A stretch of 64,000 bases of DNA from the NCBI GenBank assembly GCA_044892505.1, contig CM097883.1, forward strand, positions 42,222,001-42,286,000. Direction: 5' to 3'. The number at the start of each line of letters is the position of its first letter. Position 1 is the stretch's first letter. The position numbers were made by a program, and so were the translations under genes. The notes beneath the pieces were generated by a model. The model saw only the letters and a list, made by a program, of their open reading frames with translations. It did no database searches and was not told the DNA's origin. The stretch comes from Schmidtea nova. Lineage: Eukaryota. Positions 1 through 13,800 of the stretch are shown here, piece after piece.

Positions 1-327
1 AATTACTTAATTTTCACTTTTTAAAGGTGTTCTTTTTCCAATTGGAGGTCAAAACAATAATGCCAATTCTCTCTTCGTAATCAATTACACAAAATTTATA
101 GAATTTTTAAAAATCTTTTTCAACGGATATGAACTTTCATGCAGAGATGACAGGAAGCCCCTCCAATGCATGTGACATTGCACTCATTTCATGTAAATTT
201 GTATGCCAAATCATAACCTGAGTATATTAAAGTCTAACATTTATTCCTTAAAATCATAAAAATGCTCTTTTACATTTGCTATACTTCTGGTACACTACAG
301 TTTTCATCGTTTTCATTCACCAAATCA

Positions 328-484
328 NNNNNNNNNNNNNNNNNNNNNNNNNNNNNNNNNNNNNNNNNNNNNNNNNNNNNNNNNNNNNNNNNNNNNNNNN
401 NNNNNNNNNNNNNNNNNNNNNNNNNNNNNNNNNNNNNNNNNNNNNNNNNNNNNNNNNNNNNNNNNNNNNNNNNNNNNNNNNNNN
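328..484. other. Assembly gap (others at 22881-23018, 23810-24386, 27441-27591, 28006-28175)
   Basis: Runs of N; poly-X ORFs in the track are artefacts of these gaps. Confidence 1.
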
Positions 485-509
485 TTAAGCGTCCAAAGGG
501 TTAAATATC

Positions 510-830
510 TTATTAACGACGCTTCAAATATAATACGTTCATAATGATTATTAGGATTTTTTGATAAGATTTTAAAATCATATGTGCTAATCTTTCTGTT
601 ACAGTGTCTGTTGTGGTCATAAATATTGGCACTCCCTTCGGTCATCAATGTTCAAGAACTCGAGTACAGAGATGACGGGCAGTCTCTCCAATTGATGTTG
701 CATTACACACATTACATGTAAATTGATAAACGAGATCTGAACACAATCCAACTGGAGTTTGCGAATGATTAACAAACATACTACTCACTTTGTACAAATT
801 GGAGACAATATTAAAATTTAAGCAGCTCAA
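510..830 (-). pseudogene. Penelope-like element GIY-YIG endonuclease relic
   Basis: LVYQFTCNVCNATSIGETARHLCTRVLEH, then DFKILSKNPNNHYERIIFEASLI in another frame; matches the PLE GIY-YIG pattern (VY..C..C..YIG.T.R.L..R..EH ... F.IL ... R...E...I). Confidence 0.8.
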
Positions 831-1017
831 TCACTTACCTAGCTTCCTTTTATAGGTATCCCTTAACCGTTTTTTCCTACTTACAAATATTATTTAATAA
901 AACAAAACTTTTCGATTTATTAAAAAAAGTGTTCTAACATTAAAAATAAATGATAACTGACCATTTGTTGAAGAGGTGCAAAATATTAATAATATTATGT
1001 GAGTTATATGTAAAATG

Positions 1018-1124
1018 TCAATTCCAAATTTTCAAAGTACTATCCCAGGAACCGGTACACAGAGCTTCTCCGTTTTTCGACACCCCCAAACAGCTGACAC
1101 GATTATCATGGCTTGCTAGTACAC
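1018..1124 (-). CDS. GNB1: Gbeta coding exon 7 (last)
   Basis: [34 protein letters not shown]-stop; follows a 48-nt intron (1125-1172). Confidence 0.95.
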
Positions 1125-4100
1125 CTTGAAGGCGAATAATTATAATAAATAATTCCGCGGATTTCATAATACCTATTCTATCTTGTTTCAGAGTGTCCCA
1201 TACTTGACAATTGAAGTCATCGTAGCCAGCAAAGAGCATCCTGCCACTAAGGCTGAACTGGATACTGGTAATTCCACAGATTATGGAATCCAGAGAATAC
1301 AAAGCCAGTTCTTGATCAGCTCTTAATAATTAAATAAAGTTTACTTCAAGTTATTCACTCTTTATTCACTCAAATCATTTACTCTATTCCAAGGGTTCTC
1401 AGCCAGCGGAACGCAAGAAAAAAACATTTAAAATATTTGTAGAAAAAAAGACAACAATAGAAAATAAATTATTACTAGATCAAATAAATTTAATAAACAA
1501 GTTGTGTTTCTTACAAGTTCTTTTCGGTAAGGGTACGCCAACAAATAATATTTTCACTTGGGGGTACAACAACAAAAAGGTTGAGAATCGCTTGGCTATT
1601 TAATTATTTTAATATTATATTTACCGTAGAGTGCCGACTACAATACGATATTATATTATATGGAAAACCCGAGCATCGTTTTTTAAAATAATCCGGTTAG
1701 TATACCAGATGCACTATTTGGATTATGGTTAAATATACACAAATGCCTCTTTACCCGATACAGGTACCAACCCTAAAAACAGATATTTTTAATCTTTAAA
1801 TATAATAAATTTATGGTAGTTAGATTAATCCCGTCCTATTAAAATTAGGAAGTTTTATTACACAACCCGAGGCACCAATATACCAATATATTACATGTCC
1901 ATTAGGCATCTAGAGCTATATTTTATCCGCCTTTGCAAAGGGTGAAAATAGAACAACGATCAAAATATCAGAACTTTCATACTAATATACCAATATATTA
2001 CATTTGACACCTTGTAACAAGTAGAATACCACAGGATTATTAGGTTGTCTGGAATGAAATGTCCGAATAATATATAATAATTTTAAATCATCATAACATT
2101 TTTTATATAAAACGTATTTCTTTATTTTAAAGTTCATTAAAAAGTGCGTATTTCAATATTAAGTAAGATTTATAATAATTTCATTATTTAATAGAAATGT
2201 ACAAGTTATAAAATCATGATTTGAGACTTCTTTATTTATATGAGTGGAAATCGAAGAACAATTCAGTTAATGCGGAGAGGAATTTTAATAATGCTTTTGG
2301 GAGCTATACAGTCAATGAAAGAACTTTTAGGCGTTGGTTTAAAATGTTTGATGACGGATAACTTGATCTCGAAAATATGCCTCACGGTAGACCCAATGTC
2401 GAGCTTACAGAGGAAGATTTACGTGAAGCTGTTGCTCAAAATTCAACAAAATCTGTTTGTCTCAAAAACAGCCGTTCATGACAATTGGTATGGTCAAAAC
2501 GCTTCAAAGATGGGTCCCACAAACTTGCTTATCTCTCCAAGCACGACATCGAAAGTCATCTTTTCTTAATAAAATTATTATTTGCGATGAAATATTTATT
2601 CAATATGATAATCGTAAGCGGTCAGCAAAACGGTTGGATAAACATCATGGCCCAAATCAGTTTTCAAAACCGGAACTTCACCAAAAAAGTCATGCTCTTA
2701 ATCTGGTGGCCTAAGTATGGTGTAATACATTATTGTTTTCTGAAAATGGGTACAACAATCAGTTCTGAACTAGAATAAATGCATGAAAAACTCACCATTA
2801 GTCACCCTGCAATTGGTAATAGAAAAGATCCAATTATCCTGCGTGATAACGCCAGGCCTTACGTATCAAAAGTCACTGTAATAAAATTACACGACTTAGG
2901 ATTTGAAGTTTTACCACATACACCTTACTCATTCGATCTATCACCAATTGATTTAGACTTATTTAGACATTTAAGTCTATATCAAGGTCAGGAAGTTCAA
3001 AAACTTGGAGTAAGGAAAATTGACAGTTATCACTTTCTTGGACTTCAGGCAGCAGATATTTTTTAAAGAAGGTATAGAAAAGTTCCCACAACGATGGCAA
3101 GAGCGTATTAATGTTGATGGATCATATTTTTGTTTAAATAATAAATGCTTAAATATATTTGTACGACTTTTGAATTCTAATCCATTTAGCGGACATCTCA
3201 TTCCGGACAACCTAATACTATTTGGGGAGGTATACTAATCGACACTCTACGGCACTTATTTAAAGGGTAAGTGTTAGCAATCTAAAAACCAGGATACCTT
3301 TCCTTTTTAACGTGCAATTTCTTATTAATTCACAAATATTCAGTTTCTTCTGAATTTTGATCAGAGCCCGGAAGAATATATTCATCTTGTACACTACGCG
3401 GCATATATATTATAACGTTACATTAAAAAAAAATCATTTTATTTAAAAAAATGCATTTTCTTTTTAAAACTTTCTGTATATTATTGTGCTATTCCATGTA
3501 TTAAAATGGATTACATATTCATCCTGTGAAACGTCCAACTCTGAATTACCCTAGAACCTTTCATTTGAGACTATTGCTAACACTAAAATTATTAAGGATG
3601 TGTATTTGAGAGTATAAAATGTTGATTCATTGGTATTAAATAAGAATTAAATATTAAATAAATAATTAATAATTAAAATAAATAAATAATTAATTAATTA
3701 AATAATTAAAAGAATTAATAAATAACAAAATAAGCCTTTGCTGCAAAAAAATTTTAGTAAGTGAAAATTTTCGATTAAATATTTTATTATAAAAAAATTT
3801 TCACTTAATAAAAAAAGTTGTGCGCCAAAGGCTTACAAGCAATGTAATAAAAGAGAAAAATAATTTTATAACAGAAAGTTATGAAAAAATTTCCGTTTCT
3901 TAGTTTAAAAAATATATTTTATCAAATTAAAACAAAAAAAATTATAAATTTTTTTATATTTTTACTTTCCATATTAAATTAGGAGTTTTTCCTGCTTACT
4001 TTTGGAAAATGGATATTTTTCATTTTAAATCTTTGAAATAATAATTAATAATTTCATATTCAGTTTTCCTATTTTAATTTCTATTAAGTTTATTTTCCAA

Positions 4101-7100
4101 TTTTTTTTAACAGGTTTCTAATTTTTCTTTTGATTTCTGTAATTGCTTTCTCGAGATTCCCATTGATAAAAAGCCGCTAAATTGAAAATTTCCCATTAAA
4201 ATTTAAAATACTTTTAAAAAATATTTTAAATAAATAAAAGGATTCTATTCCATTTATTTATGCACTGTGATTGTTTGCAAATTTTAAACTCGTGATAAAA
4301 TTTGTTTAAATTAGAAATTTTCAATTTTTTAACTAGGTAGCGTAACCAAAAGAACTGGAGGGCGTCGGTTGCCACGGGTGACGCACTCAAGGGGCTACCA
4401 AAATAATCTGTCAAAAACGTTTTTTGATACAAAGTTTGTAAATATTTCTTTATTATTTTAAAATCTCTACTGCCCCCCCCCATTTTTCCATGAACTCCCC
4501 ATTACGCTATTTTACAAAAAAATGAAAATTTAAGATAATTTCCCACCTTCTAATAATTTTTTATTTATTTGGAATTTGGGAACTTATTGGCAAAATTAGT
4601 TTTGGATATTTAGTTTTTTGAAAAACCCTCAAATAATTCCCAACTTCTAAACTTTTCAAAGGTGTAAATATTTCTCCAGATCAATTCCTAGAGGTTTTAC
4701 AAATTTTCTGGTTTTTCCCATGTCATTTATTGTTTGACACAAAGAGAATTTTATAAAAGTAAAAAGTACCATCTGGTTAAGTCACTCAACTATATACTTT
4801 GTGAGCCCGGAATTAAATTAATTTTTTTAGATTTTGTCTTTCCGTGTCCTTCTCTAATCTTTGTCACTACCTAAATTAGCAAAACGCTTTAATATGGATA
4901 AAGGGTTTCAAAAGCATTTAGCAATACTATGATTGCTGGGTTAATTTATATAAACTCTAGATTGGTGTCACCTCTGACTCCTCGTGTCCTTTAATTTATC
5001 AAAAGTCAATTACACCCAACACAAAACAGTTTATTTTCACTGATCTAACAAATAAAATTTTGTCAATAATTTACACTTTCTTTTCGGCAACAATTTTGTT
5101 AAACGTAATGCAGGTGACCCAAAGGGCAATCGCCTTTTCTGATACGTCTAATTTAGATAAGAATTTATTACACTGGTTTACATTATCACCTGTTTAGGTA
5201 TTTCTACAATTCATTTTAATCCGCGTCAATAATAATTTTAAGCTAAATTTCTTCAAATAACAGGGGGGTTTGCCTCTTTTCCGCTCTCATTTTATACCAT
5301 TATCGAGAAGATGATTATCTAAAATTGAGTGATTATTGCTGAAAATCTTTGGCGTAATTGTATCAATAACGAATTAAATTGTCCACCCTTTACTAGCGCC
5401 CGTGTGGATTTTATCTTTAACTGTTTTAATAATTACCCAAATTTTGATCTCTCGGATCTCCGACGCGCTCCCGGTTTTCCTCATCGCTCGGGTTTCCCAC
5501 AGACTTGGGCTTTCCATTACTTATTAATTAATTTTTAGTTTGTTTGTTTTATCATTATAACTTTTTCTGGGGACCCCTCACTCAATTTTTATGAAGATTA
5601 TTAGATCTGTCTTTGGATTTGCCGTTTAACCATACCCATTTCCCCAATCAATATTAATTTTCAATTTTTGATACATTTAATTAATTTTTTTTGCACTTTT
5701 ATTTATTGCAATTTATTCTTTTTTGCACTGACCCCAATAAAACTAAGGGATAGAAGAAAGCGGGAAAGAAATATAATGAACAAGTTTATTTATTTCCTTT
5801 AAAAGCATTTGGTTCAAGAGATCTAAGTTTTAATTTTTAAGTATGGTGACGCATAATTTGCCGTGATCACTTAATTTTAGGGGATGGTGTCATTTATTCT
5901 GTTGTAAATTGAACTCGTTAGAAGCATACTAGCTACAATAACAATTTAAGGAAACTTTTAAAATAAATATTTGAGTTAAGTAGCTCAAATATTGTAACTT
6001 CATTATACTAGTCGACTCAAATGATTTAGTCTTTAAGGCAGAGGTAGGGAACCCGCGGCCTTAAGGCCGCATGCGGCCTTTTGAGTAATACCGATTTTTT
6101 TATTTGTATTTGATAAGATTTATGATGAGAATAAATTACGGAAAAAACATACTACCTTTATTTAATAAGCCATTAAAAGTTGATAAAATGAAACATTAAC
6201 AAATATTTTTAATGATGTACAATGTGTATATGTATTATGTTTTATGTATGTATAACATTTTTTTAACAATATACAATATAATAAATTAGATTTGTAAATA
6301 TATATTTTTTCATAAAAGATTATTTTAAATTTCGTTTTGGCTAATTTATAATGGGAATTAAAATAAATAGTTTATAGGGGGGTCAACGTTTTATTTAATG
6401 CGGCCTTATGTTAAATCAGATAAGTTAATGTGGCCTTTTGAAATGAAAAGGTTCCCCACCCCTGCTTTAAGGTATTGATGAAATCGTCGGTGAAATAGGA
6501 AATTGAAAACTATTAATCTGACTCCAAAGCATGTTTTGGTTGATAAAGATAACGAATTCCAGACAATTAAAATTTTTATTGATCAGCACGACTGATTGCA
6601 CAACTACAGCGACAGAAAATGATCCTTTAATTTAACAGTTGCTACTCAGTGCTTATTACAACAAACTTAGGATTCATGACCAAGTGACAACCGGTTCTGA
6701 TTTCAACAATTTCTGCAACAGATCTAGCTGAATAATTTGATATTCTCTGGAAATAACTTTATAACGCAATTCAATTTCCGAAGTCCCTTTTCCGATTTTG
6801 TTATAAATTGTCATAATAAACACTCACCGATAATTTACTATTTTTCCATCATATCTTTCAAATAATAAACAAAAAGCTGATTTTGTTGTTGGAAATTTTT
6901 ACGTTTTGGCTATCTCAGACAAACTGTCTAGATCAATCAAGATAAATTTATTTTACAAATTTTTTCGTCTTTGAAATTCCTTTTCTTAATTTGTACTTAC
7001 TAATTAATAATGACATTGTCTTATTTCATTGTTGGATTTCGTTGATTATTTACTATTGCATTCTTATTTTGAGATTTTTCACTCTCACTCCTCCTTTTCA

Positions 7101-8718
7101 GAAATCATTTTATTATTAATTTAATTTAATTATTTTATTCATCCTTGTAGGAATTCTAAAAGCCAATTCGATTTATTTAATATATATTGAATATTAATAG
7201 ATAATTCGGTTTTTAGTAGACGGGAATCTAAACCAATGATATCGAGAGTTGATCTGTACAAACTCTGTGACTGTCTGTATAGATTGATTTCCTGTGCAGA
7301 TAAATTATGCATTGTAAAAGACTGATTGTGATCCAGAGAATTGATTGATAGCGTTGTGAAGTTAGTCATCTCAGATGGGTCCGAATTGAGGTTCATGAGA
7401 GGTCCCTTGATTGATAAACACATCTCTGTATGTACAGGTTCTTTTCGCATTTCGACATTGAAACATTTTCGCAATTTAGAGAACTGACAATTGCTTCTTC
7501 TTTGAATATCAAATAAACAATAAAAACTTATGCATTCATGATGTTGAACACGGCATTTGTTGCTATACACTTTGCAGTCAGGTTCAGATTTTCGTTTTGA
7601 CGTTTTGACGTTTCGATATTGATATTGTTGTTGTTCAGTAAAAAATGAGTAATTGTGTAGATCTTGAATAAAATGTTGTGAATTCTCAATCATGAAAAAT
7701 CGGTCGATGTAAATTGAGCTGTTGACTGAAGACATCGAATCGTTTGAAGTTGCTTGCATTTTGTTGTGTGATCAGCGTGAATATAAAAAAATGTGAATAT
7801 TAAAACAACGTCTATTAATTTTTGCTCCATTAAATAATTACTTAAATTAAATTAATTAATTTAAAAAAAAAGAAATTTATAAAATTGAATATTTAATCTA
7901 AGGCACTACAATCCTCAACAGTATTAAGGAAAATTTATATTTAAGTGAGTTAAAAAGTTGAGGAAAACTTTCAAAAATGAGTTTTGATGAAAAAATATTT
8001 TGATTTGTCGCCTCTTAATTTTGAAGGTATTAGGGACGGAGCTTATGTCTTAATTATGATAGATCAATAAAAATAAATACCTTACTAAAAATAATATATT
8101 TAAAAAATTACTATAAATAACAAATAATAAATTAAATTACTAAACATGGGATTTATAAATTACTAATAATAAATTGCTAAAAATACTTTTTAAAATAGTA
8201 ATAACAATATAAATAGGTCATGTAAAGTTTAGAATAAGGGTAGGCAACCGGCGGCCCAGACGCATGTGCTTTTTTGACGGCCCATAAATGGTTAACCATA
8301 CTTACATATATAGTATATTATTTGAAAAATAAATTAAAAATGAATAATAAATTAAATAATACTATGAACACTCACTCAAATAAGCCTGCCAGCTGTATAG
8401 TATATTTCTATATATTCTTCATGAAAAGAATTTGGCCTAAGCCCTAATGTAATACCTAATGATCGGTTGACACAAACATTCATTCAACTGTATAATTATT
8501 CTTCTCATGCGACCTTTCATCTAATTTTATCATGCGCAACCCAATTGTATGATGATGAATCATTGGGTAGCTGAATTCATTGAAATTAACCGTTTTGGCG
8601 CCTTTTTAAACCAAATTCAAACCTGCATACAAAATACATGTGTGTCGAGCATACATTCAATTGTGGGGTTTCTTTATGCTCACAGCTTTGTGATTATTAT
8701 TTATGTCAACTTTAATTG

Positions 8719-8785
<67 letters not shown>

Positions 8786-10165
8786 CAAATAGTTTTCAAA
8801 AATGGGTTCAAGAAAACGTAAAATTGTAAATTTTAATGAGGAATGGAGCAGCAAGTACTTCTTTACTGAAGATGGTGGTAAGCCCTTTTGTCTTATTTGT
8901 CATAAAACTGTTGCTGTAATGAAGGAATATAATGTCAAACGTCATTACGAGAAAGAACATAAAAGACAATACAAGGATTTGACCGGTGAAATTAGAAAAA
9001 AATAAAATTAATAAATTGAAAGCTTCTTTGACTGCTCAACAAAGCATATTTAGGAAGCAAAGTATTCGTTCTAGATATATTGAAGCGGAACTTGTTGAGA
9101 AAGAAAGAAGGGATTTTATAGATTCATAATTTGTTAAACGATGTTTACTAGCTGTAGCTGTGCCCAGAAACCAAGAAGTTATTTCAAAATATTAACTTAT
9201 CTGTGCGAACTTGTGCAAGGCGAGTAGAAGAAATCGGGACCAATTTATTCGAACAGCTTAAATTTAAAGCAAAATCATTTGATTGTTACTCTCTAGCAAT
9301 GAATGAAAGTATTGACATAACTGAAACAGCACAGTTAGTAATTTTTATTCGATGCATTGGTGGTGGTTTTAATGTTCATGAAAAATTGGCTAGTTTATGT
9401 AGTTTAAAAGGCACTACAACCGGCAGTGATTTGTTCGTAAAGGTAAAGGAAACTCTTAATTCTTTAGAATTGGGATGGAAAAAGTTAAAATGTGTGACAA
9501 CCGATGGTGCCGGAAATATGTGTGGCTCTAAAACCGGTGTAGTAGGCCGAATTTACGTAAAATTACAGAATATAGGTTGTGATAATTCAATGGTGTTTCA
9601 TTGCATCATTTATCAGGAATCACTTTGCTGCAAAACTTTATCATCATAAAAAGACGCTATGAACACCGTAAATTAACTGTAAATTACATTCGCCACCACG
9701 GTCTAAAACACCCTCAATTTCAAGAATTCTTGAAAGAAATCCATTCGGAATTCAATGACCTTATTTAATACTCGGCAGTTAGATGGCTAAGTAGAGGTGC
9801 TGTTCTAAGAAGGTTTTCTTAATTTAGCTGTATAAATAGATATTTTCATGACGGAACAAGGATATATTATCTTACAACTTTCGTATCGAAAATGGTACAT
9901 GTCTCTTGCATTTATGGTAGATATTACAGCGTACCTTATTTAACTCAATTTGAACCTTATTTGAATTCTGTTTGATATATATCAATAATTACCATAATGG
10001 ATGACTATAGATCAAAATTTCTTTAAATAAGTATACAATATTTCGGCACGGCCTTTATCAAGTGTGTATTATTTATAGAAATTTTGATCTATAGTCTTAC
10101 CATGATGGGAATTAATGATATTATTATTAAAAAAAGATCAAAGGTGAAACAAAAAGAGAATTATG

Positions 10166-10239
<74 letters not shown>

Positions 10240-10780
10240 CATAATTTTATGAAGTGATCCATTTAAACAAATAAATATTTATGATTTATTAGCTACACTA
10301 CACTTGTATACTTGTACTTTAAATATTTTCTATACCAAAAAGAGTTTTATTTAATAAAAATTGTTATAAAATATTACAATGTAAAACCATAGAAACGTTA
10401 TCTTTTGTATAGTTTAAGGACTGTGTATGTTTGTGTAACATTTGTAACTGTATGTAATATTATTACATACAGTTACAAATGTTACACAAACATACACAGT
10501 CCTTAAACTATACAAAAGATAACGTTTCTATAGTTTTAAAAGGTCGTGTTTTAATACGTAGGATATAAGGAGTTACTAGGGTTGTTTTACTCAAAATATT
10601 ACAATTTTTACCACAGTCTACCATTTACGACAACTTTCAAATGCGTTGAGCATACCCTAAATGTGCACAGATCTCAGCCATTTTTGATCAAAATAGTTTT
10701 CTAGTAGTGCAGTACTAGATAAGGGGGTGAGAGGTGATAAAACTTAAAAATAAATTTTTTTCATACATTTAAGGACCACC

Positions 10781-10827
<47 letters not shown>

Positions 10828-13800
10828 CTACTTATTTGTAAAAGTTGGAATCAGGCTTGTGTTAAGGTCTTCATATCCCTAATATTTATTCAGTAGTTAA
10901 TAAAGATCTTAACACGCATACTAAAAATCTGGTGAAACTGAGCATTGAAAGAGGCCAGCCTGTTTAAAGAACCTATATTATCTCGATGAAGAAATGACTA
11001 AAGACTTGCACTGAAAACATGAAAAATCACTTAGGATAATTATTTTACATTAAATAATAAAAATTAAATTAAATTGTTTTTATGTAATGTTTAACACTAT
11101 AAAAACAGTGCCAAAACATTTGTTAATATAAGATAACACATTGATTTCAAGATCAAGGATGGATATTAGGATGCCTGTTAATTATTTGATATTAATTTAA
11201 CCATAAACGAAAATAATTATTGGTGATTAAAGTATTATTAATAAGAATTTTATAAAATATAAAAAATTGTCATATCAAATTTTATCTTATATGATTCACT
11301 AGGTATGCATGTGTGTGAGCGACTCTGTAAGGCTGTGTGATTATCTACTGATTAATATTAGTAATATATAAATTTTATAAAAATTATTATTATAATAAAT
11401 AACATTCAATTAAAAATCTTATCTATGCCTGTAACGCTGAAAAAAAAATGCTCCGATTTCTCGAAGAAAAAACACTTTGCGCGGAATATTGTGTCTGATA
11501 TTAATATTGTCATTTGGAGGTGTTGAATATGAATTAGGGCGATAAAAGAATAAACATCGATTATAAATGCATCAGTGAATTAATTAGTATTTTAATTGAC
11601 ATTAAAGAAATTATTTGTCATTTTAAAAGTTAGTACTTAAAAAAAATTGAAATCAATAAATTTTGTCTTGAAAAAATTAAGAGTTTTAAGATCATGAATT
11701 GTTTAAATTCTGTTTAAAGCTAGCACCATATTTAAATCAATCATTTAAAACAAACCGAATATCGAAAAGTCTACAAGTAGCATCATCGGATGCAGTTCCA
11801 ATTAACTGTTCATTTGGGAAAAACGTCACAGCATTTATATCGGATTCGTGACCCGTGAATGTTTGAACGCAACTTCCAGACCTGATATCCCACATCTAGA
11901 ATATGGTAAATGAATTATGATTGTGAACAAATTATCTCACCTTAACACTAGCATCACAGGCGCCCGAAATAAACAATTTGTTATCCCTTGTCACATCGAC
12001 ACTCATTACGTCACCTGTGTGGCTTTCAAACAGTCTTGTGCACTGAGCTGCTTCAATATCCCATAAGCCACTAGATGGTAATCTCATTAAATAATAACAA
12101 TTAATTATATAAATATGTTTAATTATACACCATAGTCAGCTATTGAAACCAGATGATACACTAAATTATTTGACAGTTAATTTCTCAAAAATATCCTTAT
12201 TGTCATATCAAAGAATCCTCTAACAAAATACATCTTGTCGAGAGGTCAGTCAAAAGGAATCCTGTTCCCTTTGGGTGATGCAGAACTATTAGGCTAGAAG
12301 AAATCAAAATTAACATTTTTTAACATATTGCTCTTTGATAAATTGCTTTTTCTAATTAAACATAAACTCTGTCTTTTTTCATATAATTATACGCTTATGA
12401 TTCTTTTTGTTTAAATTGCAATCTTAATCACAGCTACTCACAACCACGGATTTTGCGTAGAAATGCGCAACTTTTTAAAATTCTAGGCATAAATAATCAC
12501 TTACTCTTAATGGTTTTATTATATAAAGATATAAAATTATATAAAAATTATACATTTAATATACGAACATATTCCGTGTGTTCAATAAACCCCTGGCCTA
12601 AGGTGGAAACTTGTATTTTATAACGCATGATGACAAATATAGGTAGATATTCATTTTCTATGTATTACCCTTGTCACTTTAGGCATTTAGTTTAGTATTA
12701 TAGGAGTTCTAGAAATGTATTCCTTGTAGAAATCCGTGACCACTTACTGTAAATTCTCGGCGCCCGTTAATGATTTCTCTCTCAGATGCTTATCTAAATG
12801 TCAGAAGAGGTGAAATATTTGGACTATAAGAACGTACTCATGAAGCGTCAAGCAAGGCTACTCAATTTTGATTTGGAGAAAGTCTCTTGTGTGAACAGGC
12901 GCATTGTCATGCAAAAGATGCAATAGCGTACCTGTCTGTCTTCTCCTCTTCTTTCTGACTGTTACTTTAAAACTGCTCTAATACTCGGCATTAATTTTAA
13001 ATAATTTATCAGCGAATTTCATGTCCATAACGCCTTCGTTGTCCAAAGATATGGAAATTTATTGTGGTCGACTTTTTCTAGCGACTGGTATGTGACCGCC
13101 TCTGAATGTATTTACTAAATTCTTCACGGCTGATAAAGATCGAGCATCCTTCTGATAGGTAGACTCAGTAGGTAGGTAGATGTGAGAGATTTTTACAGCG
13201 GCAATTTATGGAGCACATTTCAAGATTTCACTTTTAATTTCTGAATAAATCTCAATAACTTTATTAACAAGAACTTCAACTTTAAATGCTAAAAATTAAT
13301 AATAAAATAGTGGAGCACATATTTACCCGTTTCTGAAATTCTTGTCATTGTAGAATAATTTGGAAAGAAAAGTTTTCTGTATTTATAGTGTTGATGAACC
13401 AATTAAATATTTTACATCATGAACTATTTTATTTACCAACCAATCGAAATTGAGAGTTTTTAATACAAGAACAACTATTTTCCCGCTAGTAAATATATTT
13501 ACACAATGGTTTATAAGATTCAAGTCTTAATGCAGGAAATATTTCTGGTTCATATACACATTTTGTTTTCTTTGACAAATAATACAAATTAATTTTTTGT
13601 TTTATATCAATAGTGATTGTACAAGATTGAAGACAAACATCTTTAATATTATATTGTATGCTTTCTAGAGGTTTCTTACATTCCATTAATACATCCCATT
13701 AATTACATCTCCAGAAATCGCCGCTGTAAATATCTATGAATTTGCTGGAACCAATATAGAACGAATTATATTCCATCATAGATTTCTGATATATGGATTG

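Noticed and set aside
486-504. piggyBac-like end AAAGGG|TTAA (also a candidate near 20195-20225)
   Set aside because: No partner TIR or convincing transposase is visible; the first abuts a gap.
8549-8854. YIYIYI-repeat ORFs (also 30455-30688, 46000-46194)
   Set aside because: Translations of (TA)n microsatellites.
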